Counted from the first letter of the whole stretch, positions 33,774 through 46,104 are shown. The stretch: 62,497 nt of DNA, filler included, from Asterionella formosa (GCA_002256025.1; 18 parts of 18 records of this genome joined end to end with filler, not necessarily neighbours in it); one strand, 5' to 3'. Notes: generated by a model not told the origin, from the letters alone. Program-made: numbers and translations.

Positions 33774-34058
33774 GGGAATGGCTAAGTGGGTAGTAAGCAG
33801 CACATTGCCTTTGATCTGAAATTGCATGGCTTGATTCCCGCAATTGTTTTGAGAAGCAATTGTTGGGTATGACTCCCATAGTCCTTACCGTCCCGCACAG
33901 TCTTGCCTGGTCTACAAAAAATAATGGGTTGCCTCGTCCCTACAAGCAGCTTTCCCCCCTTCCTCGGCGGTCAGACGAGTTTCCCCTAACGTCGCGGCTA
34001 AGACAATCATTTTTCGCGAAAGGTGGTTGGGGACTCACCTACTACTAAACAAAGAAAA
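33774..34058 (+). mobile_element. Possible tRNA-derived SINE
   Basis: A-box-like TGGCTAAGTGG (33779) and B-box-like GGCTTGATTCC (33828), a GC-richer body and a CTACTACTAAACAAAGAAAA tail. Single copy in the window. Confidence 0.35.
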
Positions 34059-35768
34059 CTAGGGAAGGAAAGTAGGTCTTGATGCAGGTAGATCAATGAA
34101 TACTTTCTTAGAAATAGGGTATTAGTACAAGCAAATGGGTTATGAAAAAGATTATCATGAACATTCAGTAGTAGTAAACAAATGGCAGTGCTCCTTTCCT
34201 TCTTTTCATGTTTTTGTAGCCTCAGCATTCAGTAGTAGTAAACAACTGGTTGTGCTCCTTTCCATTCTTGTCATTATTTTTCAAGTCAAGTTTGGAATGT
34301 CCACTAGTATTAACAAATGATGGGGCCGGGTCCTTGGGGTGTCATGACAGCAATGGCGATGCTGATGATGTTGATGCTGTTGATTGACAATGTGCCAGTC
34401 AATCATTTCATAAGAATGTTGTTTCTTCTAGCATCATATGCTACCGATAGTCTTCAAAATATATACAGGGGTTGAAGGCGAAGTTCTGAAATAGGTCTGT
34501 CATCTATTTATGCATACATAGCTATGCTGTTTCAATCAATTGCGTTTTCGTGGAGGCTGGGGTTGCTCGCTAATATGAATATTATGACATTCAAATGGAG
34601 AACATCATTTACAATTTGCTGGTGTGCCTAATTGAACTATATGAAATGTTTTCATGGAAAACACTACAACCACCCATGCAATGAGTTGAAACACGAGAGG
34701 AACAACCTGGCAGATGTGAAGTTGAAGTTGAGGCAGTAGTGATCGATATGCAAGGTCAAAACAATTTCTTGAAGAATATACTTGTGTTAGTATGATATGC
34801 TCTCACTTAAAAACTGGGTACCAGTAATTTTAATATCAAAAAGTATTAAATAATAATTTTCGTGGTATAAGCATATTCAAGTAAAATAAAACAAGGTTTG
34901 GAGGTAAAAATCTTCATGAAGAATAGATGAAAAATATGTACTAATTAACAAAGTTATGGGTTATGATAGGTGCCATAAAATGGCTTAGCTAGATCTCCAT
35001 AATTGTATGTTCTTCTTTAGAACTGATTATATGATAGCTATTCTGTTTCTATTGACTGCAGTAAAGTTTGTATTTGCTTCAAATTTTATCATTTAAGTGA
35101 TGTTGATAATTGAGTTGAAAGATGGGGTGATCAAATGTTGGCTCTCAGTTTCAGATTAAACTGAGTACACTTGCTTGTCAGCTATCCTTCTGATTTCATA
35201 GCTACACAAATTTATATTCTTTCCTAAGAAACACGTGAGAAAGACTTAAAATCTACCGGTACGTATAATGAAAGATGCTACAGTACTAATAAGAACATGC
35301 AGTAAATCAAGTACCGGTATTCCTTTTGTCGCCAGCATGCATCGTCAGAAAAGATTCTTGCAAGCTGGTATACTGGTAGGCGAATGTGAATCTTGATGGC
35401 TGACGTACGAGCCTTCTGGCATTCGATGTCTGTACTTGGTACCAGGGACCAGGTACTGAGACCACTACCTGGTACCATGTATAAGGTACTATGATACCTC
35501 CGGTTCAAGCAGAGCATGGACATAAAGTATATCCATGACGTAATTTTATTCCGGTATGATTTATGACATGTATGCACACAATTCTTATTCTCTTACTTAT
35601 ATTAGCACGATCAGGTATACATATAATTGTGGTTTGCCCGACAGCAGTAAATAAAAGATCGAAATAAATGTATAGAACTTCGCTCATATTCTCACATTTT
35701 GCTACATTATTTGATATTCCATGCCCGAAATCTAAATACCTCCAACACATCACTAAACAGTTTGCATA

Positions 35769-36797
35769 ATGACAAGAAGGTGCCTGTCCATCGGGGCTTT
35801 TTCTCGTAACTTCTTCCTTCTTTGGACTTTTCTATGGTGTCGCCTTGTTGCTCCTGCATTTGTTCCTTTAGCTCAGCACCGGTCAAGTTTCAAACAACCG
35901 ACTTCCTTCTCATTATTCATGGAGATGGATCCTACACTAGCTTCCCTTATCGCTGGCTCAGTGGCTGGATCCATTGGCGTTGGCGTTGCTTTCCCTTTAG
36001 ATACTGTGAAAACCAAAGCTCAAGTTTTGACTCAACAAGTAGCTCAGCAAGGGGCACTTGACGAAGGAACATATAACGTCAATGCCAACATGTTTGATTT
36101 ATTCAAGCTCATTTACCATCGAGAAGGATTGAATGGATTTTTTGGAGGCGTCTGGGGTATGATGGTTGGTCAGTCGCCTATTTATGCCACTGTATTTGCG
36201 TCCAAGACAGCAGCAATTCAAACCTTGAATGAATACGCAGAATATCTTCCGTCTATCGTGACCTTGACGCTGGCCGCCTGCTACGCTGGATTCATAGCTA
36301 CTTTTGTTGTTGTTCCTGTCGAACGTGTCAAAGTCCTTATGCAAACATCTTCAGAGTATAAGAATGAATGGGAATGTGTGCAGGCTATCCTTAATTCCGA
36401 GGGTTTGACAGGACTGTTTCGACGTGGGCTTGGAATTACTTTACTTCGTGAAGTCCCTGGTTATGGGATTTACTTTGTTGTGTATGATGTTATGATGCAG
36501 ACTTGGGGTTCATCTTTGGGTGTTGTAGCCCCACTTGTCTTTGGGGCCATAGCGGGCATGTTGAGTTGGGTTCCTGTCTATCCTTTTGATGTTGTGAAGA
36601 CGACTATTCAAAACACAAGTGGAGAGGATACCCAGACAACCTGGGAAATTTCGAAGCAAATTTATCAAACCAGTGGTATAGGAGGATTTTTTGATGGCTT
36701 GACACCGAAAATGCTACGAGCAAGTGTCAGCAATGCAACTATCTTTTTTGTTTACGGATTCATCCTGGAGCAATGGGGCTATATGCCAGAATACTAG
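35769..36797 (+). CDS. Mitochondrial carrier family (SLC25; carnitine/basic amino acid carrier-like) protein with bipartite plastid-type presequence
   Basis: Three Px[D/E]xxK signatures (PLDTVK, PVERVK, PFDVVK), REVPGYGIYF and RASVSNA. The N-terminal hydrophobic stretch is followed by VAPA-FVP and an S/F/K-rich transit-like region. Confidence 0.92.
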   Translation: MTRRCLSIGAFSRNFFLLWTFLWCRLVAPAFVPLAQHRSSFKQPTSFSLFMEMDPTLASLIAGSVAGSIGVGVAFPLDTVKTKAQVLTQQVAQQGALDEGTYNVNANMFDLFKLIYHREGLNGFFGGVWGMMVGQSPIYATVFASKTAAIQTLNEYAEYLPSIVTLTLAACYAGFIATFVVVPVERVKVLMQTSSEYKNEWECVQAILNSEGLTGLFRRGLGITLLREVPGYGIYFVVYDVMMQTWGSSLGVVAPLVFGAIAGMLSWVPVYPFDVVKTTIQNTSGEDTQTTWEISKQIYQTSGIGGFFDGLTPKMLRASVSNATIFFVYGFILEQWGYMPEY

Positions 36798-38899
36798 GCC
36801 CTAAAGGTTGAAATATCTTGGGAGCAGGGGGGTTTGATTGGTAAAAAATTGATAGGCAAGTCCCTTGTGAATCTTCTCATTTTGCATTATTCTTTGTGGG
36901 TATATCTACTACCGCCATCATGAATGTACTTTTTGTTTTTAACCTTATTTGCAGTTTTTTGCCACATGTTAAGCTAAAAGTATTGAATGTAGACTTCTAG
37001 AAAGCTAATAAAACTGTAGTCTATACATAGTTCAAGGCCAAATTCTTAATTCCTGTATTACTGATTGTCGGTGTGGTATATTTATTGCTCATCAACATGC
37101 AATATTTGACAATGATCAGGTACTACCTCAACCAGTAAATAAATAATGTATGAAGAAGATGTTGTTCATAGCCATCATTGTACCATGGTACAACAGAAGT
37201 GCCAGCCATTATGCTTCTACATTGATCACTTTGTCCCATCCTATTTATTAATGGCTATATGCTATCTTTTGGTATCACTTAAATTGGAACACACAGCAAT
37301 CCCACGTGGACACCATAAATAATAACATAGCACCCCTCTGGCCGGGGTACAGTTTCTACACTGGAAAACAAGGGATTTTCAGCAGAATTTCATAATGGCG
37401 GGAACCCCACCAAACAACAGCATCGAGAATGATGTGAGCGCTATGTACCAACACATCTGCAGCACCACTGACTGCAACTATCATTACTACAACGATGGTG
37501 GATTATGACAATGCACTACAGTGTGGAAAACAAGCAAGTTCCAATGGCCACTCCAGCACCACCAAAGGCAAAAAGCATTGCCAACACCACAGCACAAAGC
37601 AGAATTTTAGAAAAATATAGGAAGTACTAGAGTTGTTGCGATGACATTCACAGAAACGACTCTTCGAAAGGCATTGCAGAAAGGATATGGGAAATGATCA
37701 ATAGTACAGAAAAATACTCGAATATTAAATTACAGGAGGGACACAGTGGCAAACCCCTACCAGCAAAATATCATTAAAATCAACTTCACAAGGAGATATT
37801 CACATGACTGAAATCACATCAAAGACAGTACCAAGGACTCCCATGATGAAGAACAAGCCACCAACCACTGATGAAAAGTGCATTACAAATCCTCTAGATA
37901 GAAAAGGTCACAAAAAGCCTCTGATGAATCAAATTACTAAATGGGATGGTATGGAAGCCACCTTGGTAATGATGCAGAGAAAAATCAAGATCAGGATTTC
38001 AGTCAAAATGAACATAGCATTTGAAAAAAATGAAGAGGAACCCTTTCTGCATATATTAGAATAGCTGAAGAGGCTTCTAGCCATTAATTCAACTATAGTA
38101 TGGCTATTTCCAATGGAGTCTAACACCAATGAAATTGATGTACATGGAATTATGATAATTGAAAAAACCCTTCTTGACAAATACATAACTTATTACCAAA
38201 ACTTGATCTCATGCTGGCATATGTTTTGTGTCCTCATTTAGATTAGAAAATGTGTGGATCATTTGGGAATCGTGAACATAGCCCGCCCCCAGCACCAGGA
38301 TGGCTGGTTGATGGGCATCATGCAACAATCAAAGCAAAGATGCTTTGTTGCTAAATTGATTATCAAGCAACCCCTTCTAGATGTAAAAAAAGAGAATGAA
38401 TGAATGGTTAAGCATATTGTCTTTGAAGTAGGGTGTGACAACCAAGTCCTGCAATTTTTACATTGAAGTAATTTCTGGGTTCCATTCCTGATATTGATGA
38501 TTCCCGGTATGCTGGTGATAAATAATAAACATTATTGATAGTGCTGGGCACAAGCTGACATCACAGACATAGTATACAGCACGCATCACTATTATTTTTT
38601 GGTGATTTTACGTGTAATAATCACCATTACAATGATGAAACAAATATTTTATAATACTCACCCAACAGCGAAATTCAATTGAACAATAATCTAAATCACT
38701 TAAATTGTATAGCAATGCATCTGTTCCTCTGCTATTTTTGCTACACCAATATCATATGTAGTTTCATTGCTGATATGCAAATCATTTAATTTTCATGAGT
38801 TGATGGACATGTCAGGAAACAGCTTTACTCCCAACTACTATGATGATGACAAAAAAATTATAAACAAATATGCCTCCAAATTCACAATTATTTCTCACT

Positions 38900-39900
38900 A
38901 TTGCTATGATCAGAAGACATAGCATCAAATCTGACATTGAGCATTACAAGATCCAGCATCAAGTCCATTCTTGACTCTATTCCTCAGTGAGCATGCATGA
39001 TGATGCCTTTATCACATTGTGCAAGTTTGATCATTCTTCCTTCAAGCGGCTCTTGCATGAGTTATTCAAACTTGCCACAAGAAAGAGGAAAACGGAAGGC
39101 TTCATTTTGAGGAAGTCCTTTGCAACAACTGCCAGTTGTTCAAGACTGAAATATTCTATCAGTTGCTTGGCTCTTGTACTAAAATTGGCAGGGACTCATG
39201 GTTCGCTCTCTAGTTTTCACCAAGTGCTAGGTTGAAGGTTTTCGAGAAGGATGCTGATAAGATTTAATTATTGTTCAACTCCATATTCCTGCTGAAATAA
39301 CCACTTTATTTGCAAACATGGGATCAAAATCCAACCTTGCACCCTCATGTATAGTAATTGCATTGACAAATAATCCCAAGATGTGTCTAGATTTTGGTTG
39401 CTGACTACCACAAACTTCTGGAGAATCCAAATGTCATGGAACTGTTGCTGTAATTCATGCATCATTACAAGGTTGGAGGCAAAGTTGAAGCACCAGTAGA
39501 AGAATTTCGAACAGAAGCACCTGCCATCAGTAGTTGCATGCAGTAGTAGTGTTGCTTGTTTGAACTACAACTTTGCTGTATGGATTGTTGTCAACCATGA
39601 TGAAGTCATCATCATTGTTATTATTTTTGTCAATTTCAAGATCTAAATCTTCAATCTCTCTTGTGATATCATTGGGGGATTCATTGATCATTCGAACTAA
39701 CTGATTTTCATATTTCTAATCTGCAGTGGACAATTTGCATCACCATCAGCAGGTTTCTATACTTTCGGAGTAGCGAGAATTTTTGACAAAGTGAAGGATC
39801 AGTCCTGCATTGTCTGGAATTTTTTTATTGTTATCCATTGGAACAGCTTCATTCATAGGATTCAAATGGAGCATTGAAGGAAAATGAAGATGCTTGCATA
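38900..39900. pseudogene. Two-gene PIF/Harbinger relic (transposase N-terminus on +, accessory DNA-binding ORF on -)
   Basis: Plus strand: ALQDPASSPF..., DDAFITLCKFDHSSFKRLL, CLALVL..AGTHGS. Minus strand ~39700-39860: RTDPSLCQKFSLL and ADGDANCPLQIR, resembling the PTGDPxCP motif of Harbinger-associated proteins. Confidence 0.55.
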
Positions 39901-40037
39901 CAAATTCACACAAGATGTAACATTATTTTTATTGCATTTTAGACAACATCATACCGCGGTATAAGTACAATTGTGATCTACTCCGAGTATATATGTTATA
40001 TTTTATAGTCAACAAACAACAAAATGAAGTGAAAGCC

Positions 40038-41547
40038 ATGGTGATCGTATTATTACGTCTCGCCCTCCTAATCTCTGTTCATGTCGTCATTGCTGGCACA
40101 CCACGGCCAGCGCAATACTTTGACAACCAGTTGGTCGACCACGATGATAATGCCGCTATTCAGTTTTGGTCCCAGCGCTTTTATTCGTTTGGGGACTATT
40201 TTGGTGGCCCTGGCCATGCGATTTTCCTGGTCATGGGCGGCGAAGGCAACGTTGAACCCTCCACTGGGATTTTCTATCCATTCGTTACAGATCATCTGGC
40301 TAAGGAATTCGGTGCGTTTGTACTAGAAGCTGAACACCGATTCTACGGAGAGTCTCTACCGATCTATGATTTCCGTGAGCAGCAACCAGATCCAAGAATC
40401 AAGTTGCTTACGCCTAACAAGCGCTGCAAGATAACATGAGATTGCTGAGATACACTCAGGCAAAGCTAGGGTGCTCCTTCGACAGAGCATCTCCAAAATA
40501 TTGCCCTGTCATTACAGTCGGCGGAAGTTATCCAGGCTGGCTGTCGGCAATGGCAGGCTTGTCTTTCCTGACGTTGTGGATATGGCGTATTCAGCCTCGG
40601 CTCCCATGAAGTTCTACTCTCAGCAAGTTCAGCAGGAAGAGTATTACAATCATATCAGTAATGTGGCGGAAATGGCTCACAAGGGATGTTTTCAGGCGGT
40701 ACGACGCACATTACAGGTACTGAATGAACTTTTGGATGAGCTCACATTGGCGGCTGACCGTGAAACCATTGCCGACATGCTAGGGTTTTGCCCCCAAACC
40801 TTGCCCCAATACATGTTGAAGTCTCATGAAAATTTTAGCAATGAAGTTTTCATGATGATTGGATACACATTTGCCAACTTGAACATGGCCAATTACCCTC
40901 CATCGAACAATACAGGATTGTATAGAGCATGCACTATCTTTATGAATCCTGATACAAATACCACTGTCAAGGTGCATGACTTTTTTCAGTCGTTTCTTCC
41001 CAAAGACCCCACAGATTGCATCAATACCCGATCGCAACTGCCCTCGGGAATGCATGCAACTATTAGTGGAGGAGACTGGAGTGGCGTCGGTGACGGATTG
41101 TCGGGAGAGAGTTGGGATTTTCAAACATGCACGTTGTTAGTGGAAGCGATTGGTTTTTCCAACGGTTCCATGTTTCCTCCAAGAGAATGGAATTTGGAAT
41201 GGATGAATCAGCATTGTATCACAAGGTTTGGAGTTGTTCCGGAGCCATACAAGTTGGCAAACGAATGGGGATTTGATGATTTGCTTAAGGTAAATGCGTC
41301 TCGTATACTCTTTACGAACGGTTTGAAGGATGGTTGGTCTGTGGGAGGAATTAAAGAGAATATCTCTGAAAGTTTGTTGGTAATAAATTTTGAAAATGGG
41401 GCCCATCATTCTGACTTGACAGGAAATGGACCATCTCCAACAGATACAGACGATATTAAGGCAGGCTTTGAAAGCATTAAAAGCATTCTAGGAACTTGGC
41501 TTAATGAAGTTCAGTCCAGGCGTGAAGTTATGATTAAGAAACGTTAA
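40038..41547 (+). pseudogene. Serine peptidase S28 (PRCP/DPP7-like) with signal peptide and two 1-nt deletions (pseudogene or assembly error)
   Basis: WSQRF, MGGEG, AEHRFYGES; frameshift at ~40416; QALQD...PVITVGGSYPG in a third frame; frameshift at ~40555; then AYSASAP, WDFQTCT, NGLKDGW and AHHSDL. Confidence 0.85.
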
Positions 41548-41631
41548 AATCCAAGACTTGTGTGTATTTTATCATACATACACAAAATTGGCTTCTTTCA
41601 ACAACAACACTTCCTTCCATTATAGTTATGT

Positions 41632-43164
41632 TTAAAACAAGGGAAACTTGGGCATTTCTCGATCTCGATCAGCCGCAGCTCGTTTTATTCCTTGCCATGC
41701 CAACCAACCTTGAAAATAGTTGACTCCTAGAACAACAGCTCGAGCTGCAAATTTTTCATACCATTTTATAGGTCGGTGATGGATGGCATCTAAGTCATCT
41801 TCGTCAAGTTCTTGTTCTTCATCGCTTATCCTCGCTTCAGTCGCTTCCATCATGTCTGATACTAATCCATGAAGTGATGATACATACGAAAAATCAGCAT
41901 CTGCCAAGTCCCCTTGTTGGCATATTTCTGGAATTGCATGTTGTGCAGCGGTTCTAAAGTCTTGAGTGATTTTTGCTGCAGCATCAGTCCAGGTCTCTTG
42001 AGTTTGCGTGTCCAGTATGGTCTCATACTTTCTCCCATAGTGTTCTCTCAACGTATTTAGTTGAGTGTGATACAAGGATGCCAATTGTGTTGCAACCTGA
42101 AGGAGTATATTTTCTGGTAATTGATCCTTGGCATTGATCAAAATCTGATTGGCTTGTGTTCCAAAATGTAGGAGTGGAATATTATTTTGTATCCATATTT
42201 GTTCTTGTTGCTCCTCCAGATCATCCAATTGCGTTTTTACTTGCTGAAGTATTATGTCTTGATGACGGGACGTGGTGATTTCAGTCTTGTGATGGTGAGT
42301 ATTCGATGGGCTTGGTGTAATTTTGACTGGAGTGTGTGGATGATTTCCTGACAATGATGAATCACTGTTGTTAATATTATCATTATTAATAGAAGTAACA
42401 GTCGTAGCATTCATCATCATTGTAGTGGACCACTCGTCGGTATCCTTCCAATCAATACAAAACGGTTCCTTCGTGAAGTGCTCATGTACTTGTTTTAACA
42501 CCATATCATATTCTATTCTTGATTCAACATCAATCACGGGGTGTTGATTTTGCTGTTGTACAAGAGTAGACACAATTGTCTTGGCGTCGTGGACACTTGG
42601 GACGATATCTAGACTCTGCAAAATGTCAGGAGTGAAATGTTGTAGATCATTGAGGGCGATGCGATTCCTAATCTCCTCAAAATCTTCACTGTGCTCCACA
42701 ACTACCACGATTCGTAACTTGTTTATGGTTGATGATACACCGGCGTTGGTACGTCGAGTTGCCGCCAGGTACATGGCATCAAGTATGGATGCGGGAAGCA
42801 ACTGAGACGTTTTCGTGACTTCGACAATCAAAACGTCAGACACAAGGCAAATAGCTTCCATAGACGATAGCACGGTTTGTTGAGAAGCTTCATGGCTTTG
42901 TAGTGCAACTAGAGTCTGCGGACTATCATTATCAGCGATGATCCCAATTGACAGTATCGGTGGCCGAGAGACGGTTGTGGTACTACTCCGGACTCGTTGT
43001 TGTTGTCCTCCTCGAGAAAGAGTCCATCCGTTCGTGTTCGGCAGTGTTGCGTCTACTGTAGCTGCCACAGCCAGCAACATCATCAGCAAATTTAGAACAA
43101 CAACTGTGAGTGCTGTGAGTGATGGTCTCATGGAAGTACCGGTACCTGCTAACCACAGCATCAT
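41632..43164 (-). CDS. Hypothetical secreted/membrane protein, weakly RHD3/Sey1-like
   Basis: ~510-aa open frame with an N-terminal hydrophobic segment. AICLVSDVLIV and a helical QLASLYHTQLNTLRE region are reminiscent of Sey1/RHD3, but no P-loop is visible. Start codon uncertain. Confidence 0.7.
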   Translation of the reverse strand: MMLWLAGTGTSMRPSLTALTVVVLNLLMMLLAVAATVDATLPNTNGWTLSRGGQQQRVRSSTTTVSRPPILSIGIIADNDSPQTLVALQSHEASQQTVLSSMEAICLVSDVLIVEVTKTSQLLPASILDAMYLAATRRTNAGVSSTINKLRIVVVVEHSEDFEEIRNRIALNDLQHFTPDILQSLDIVPSVHDAKTIVSTLVQQQNQHPVIDVESRIEYDMVLKQVHEHFTKEPFCIDWKDTDEWSTTMMMNATTVTSINNDNINNSDSSLSGNHPHTPVKITPSPSNTHHHKTEITTSRHQDIILQQVKTQLDDLEEQQEQIWIQNNIPLLHFGTQANQILINAKDQLPENILLQVATQLASLYHTQLNTLREHYGRKYETILDTQTQETWTDAAAKITQDFRTAAQHAIPEICQQGDLADADFSYVSSLHGLVSDMMEATEARISDEEQELDEDDLDAIHHRPIKWYEKFAARAVVLGVNYFQGWLAWQGIKRAAADRDREMPKFPLF

Positions 43165-43568
43165 GGGGCACGATGGAATCGATGGCTGACAGGGGGAGAG
43201 GATAAACACCTTAATGATGATTTATGCATAAAAAGTCAAAATTGAACAAGACCATCATTTGCTATGTAGTATTTTGTGTACTGTATACTGTATACCATTC
43301 GAAATAGTACCATGTGTGCATACAGTACCAGTAACATTTTATGGATGTCAGAGTTTGTCTGTTAGGCTGGTTGACGTCGACTGGTGTCCGAACGCTAAGC
43401 AAATGTAGGCAGGCTGAGGAATGATGTCTGAACAGAAGTACCAGGTACCGGTAACCGGCAGTCTTCCGGTACCAGGTAGTACATTTCACAAAAGTATCAT
43501 TGTTGTCTTGAGAGCAAAAAATGATGTATATTTGATGTCCTTTGAAGGCCATTTCTGATAACCAATGC

Positions 43569-45590
43569 ATGATTCGTACCACTCTGCTCTTCTTGGGGTT
43601 AATCAGAGACGTTTATTGTGTTCAAAATCGCTGGATCCACCATCAGCACAACAATAATGGGATCATCATGACAGCAGCAGCAACCAACAACAACTTTGTC
43701 GACCATTCCATTGCCGATATTCTCGCTTGTCAAGTGAGCCCTTCTCCCATGCTTTTAGTAGACCCTGTGTCACTTCAACTGATGTATGATACATCCAAGG
43801 ATGAAGCCATTTCTATAATGGACTTGAAAATTCTTGCCAGATCAAGTCAACAGGCTTTGTATTCTTGTCCTCACTGCGATCATTCTCAATTTTCTCTGCC
43901 GCTTCAAGGGTTGATACAACTTGGCACTGTTAGTACTTGCTCCAAGAATGAATCAAAAGCAAAAGTTTTCACAGCAACTCTCATGGGTGTTAAAATGTTG
44001 GAATCTTCCATTAGAAATTATCTCAATTATACGACTGGGAAAGCTCCACTCCTCAAGACCATGGTACATCAAATGAAACAACAAGACCAGCACTCATCAA
44101 CAGTATGCGCGCCCATACTAAAGACACTTCTGCTTCCTCAAGGATTGAATCTTAGAAATCTTTTGTGGCATGGATTCATTACAGAGATTCCAAATTGTTG
44201 GTTGGCGCTTGTTGTGGTTCTCATTTGTAATATGGATAATCAATGCAGCAACAATATCAACAATTCCATCCATCAGATGAAACGGAGAATAACAATCGAA
44301 CCATCAGCCGCGTCGCTAGAATCATTATCATCTATTACTATACCAGAATACTATACTACTCACAAAATTCCAGTATGGATACCAACTTCTCACAAGGATA
44401 TTTACAACCTTGCATGTTGCTGGATTCAACAATATCCAACCATTGCAGCTGCACTGTTTTCTATTTTATTAGAACACACACTTCGATTGGAATGGTGCAA
44501 GTCAAATGACCAATGGCAAGATGCTACAGCCAAACCAGGAGCATACTATGTCACCCTAGATGGTCATGGTCAACATCAGTACCATGAATTACTGTTACAT
44601 CCATACTATCATAAAAATGACAACAACAAACAACGAAACAAATTAGTACAACGGTTGGGTGGATCTAGAATCGCATTATTAACAGATGTCTTTGCCTCAT
44701 CTTGTGGAGGACCCAACCTTCGAGCAGCATTGTCACATGGAATGTGGGATGATTGGATCCACGAGGAGCTGATATGTATGGTGGTTGGAGGTTGCAATAT
44801 GGAACGAAGGGAGAATTTGGACAAGATTAATCGGCTCCTCCTGTGGACTCTTGCAGATGATTCAAAGGAATTCATCATTTCCTATGAACCAATCTTTTCC
44901 TATTCGGCTGTTACAAAGCAAACTATCCAAAATATTATCAGAACGTGGCACAGATGGCTTGACATGAGACCAATGATGGTCGGAAGCACCAGTAGTGATA
45001 TCAACAATGCCCTGGCTGTGCTTCATCTACCATATGGTGCTCTCGAGCAGAAAGCCACACAGATTTTAGACTGGATCGGTAAGAAAGATTGTGACATTGT
45101 CTTTTGGACCGTAAACGATGTGTATGCAGAACATGATACCAATGCCTTGCTGGCAGAATGTGGAGCGGCAAGAAAGTTACTAGTGGATGTGGAACGAGTG
45201 CACACCAGGTACATGAAATCTTTGGAAGATGCTACAAATTGTGTTTTAGAAAATGGCATCGACCATGGATCATCCCAACAACATCGTCGTATCAGGTCAT
45301 TGCAAAGCCTAGCTTCATTGTCAGAAGATTTGTTTGGATTTGCCACCATTGTGGGGCTTCTTGCCATCCAAGCCAAGCTGGGGTCTGAGGACAATGATGA
45401 AAAACAACAAGTGCTTCTCAAGGCTGTGGAGCGTTCACGAATGGTAGTATCAACGTTTGAGACCTTTTATCACACCAATGCAGAACGAGCTATCAAGGCT
45501 GCTGTGGAATACACAAGAGGTAAATCTATCAAGGCTGCTCTGGAAATTATGAGAAAGTCATGTATGTCTGCAACACATGATATTATTTGA
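43569..45590 (+). CDS. ERMARD/DUF4209-like protein with two HEPN-like RxxxxH motifs
   Basis: PQGLNLRNLLWHGF, LLEHTLR, YYVTLDG and GPNLRAALSHG correspond to conserved ERMARD (C6orf70) blocks. Confidence 0.8.
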   Translation: MIRTTLLFLGLIRDVYCVQNRWIHHQHNNNGIIMTAAATNNNFVDHSIADILACQVSPSPMLLVDPVSLQLMYDTSKDEAISIMDLKILARSSQQALYSCPHCDHSQFSLPLQGLIQLGTVSTCSKNESKAKVFTATLMGVKMLESSIRNYLNYTTGKAPLLKTMVHQMKQQDQHSSTVCAPILKTLLLPQGLNLRNLLWHGFITEIPNCWLALVVVLICNMDNQCSNNINNSIHQMKRRITIEPSAASLESLSSITIPEYYTTHKIPVWIPTSHKDIYNLACCWIQQYPTIAAALFSILLEHTLRLEWCKSNDQWQDATAKPGAYYVTLDGHGQHQYHELLLHPYYHKNDNNKQRNKLVQRLGGSRIALLTDVFASSCGGPNLRAALSHGMWDDWIHEELICMVVGGCNMERRENLDKINRLLLWTLADDSKEFIISYEPIFSYSAVTKQTIQNIIRTWHRWLDMRPMMVGSTSSDINNALAVLHLPYGALEQKATQILDWIGKKDCDIVFWTVNDVYAEHDTNALLAECGAARKLLVDVERVHTRYMKSLEDATNCVLENGIDHGSSQQHRRIRSLQSLASLSEDLFGFATIVGLLAIQAKLGSEDNDEKQQVLLKAVERSRMVVSTFETFYHTNAERAIKAAVEYTRGKSIKAALEIMRKSCMSATHDII

Positions 45591-46104
45591 AAGGCAATCG
45601 ATGATGGCAAGGAAATCCCTTGCCATGTTGAGCAGCAAATATGGTAAATATCTTCCATCTGTTATTTTATTGATAATATCGACGTGGATTCTCACCGAAA
45701 ATATTTTAGAAAATAAAGTCATTGATTCTAACATGCTGGGGAAAGGAATTACTTTTGATGGGGCACCAGAGCACCACTGGGTCTAGCACCCCCCATGGGA
45801 GCACAGGAATTTGCATTCCGTAAGACTAAATCTCTTAACCTTTGAACCAAGCAACCTTTGCAGCAGTCTGACTGAGCCGGTAGTCAAATACTGTTTGCAA
45901 TTTATAAGATAAGCTGGAATATTAAGCAATAAGTTGATCAAAGGTATATTTTAATTGTGATTGATGATCTGCAACTGATGCATTTATGGGGTTATAAATA
46001 CTTTGCTAAAAGAACACAGGTGCAAGCTGAGAGTAAGGGGTGAAGTCTCCTTGTATACGTATAAAAAACATGAGGACAACTGCAAAGAGGCACATTGCAT
46101 AGTA

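Noticed and set aside
34320..34800. Possible MULE/SWIM relic on the minus strand
   Set aside because: The Cys/His spacing is not convincing.
37400..38250. Possible Ulp1-like protease or transposon relic
   Set aside because: Only a vague WLFP...WHMFCV resemblance in broken frames, too weak to call.
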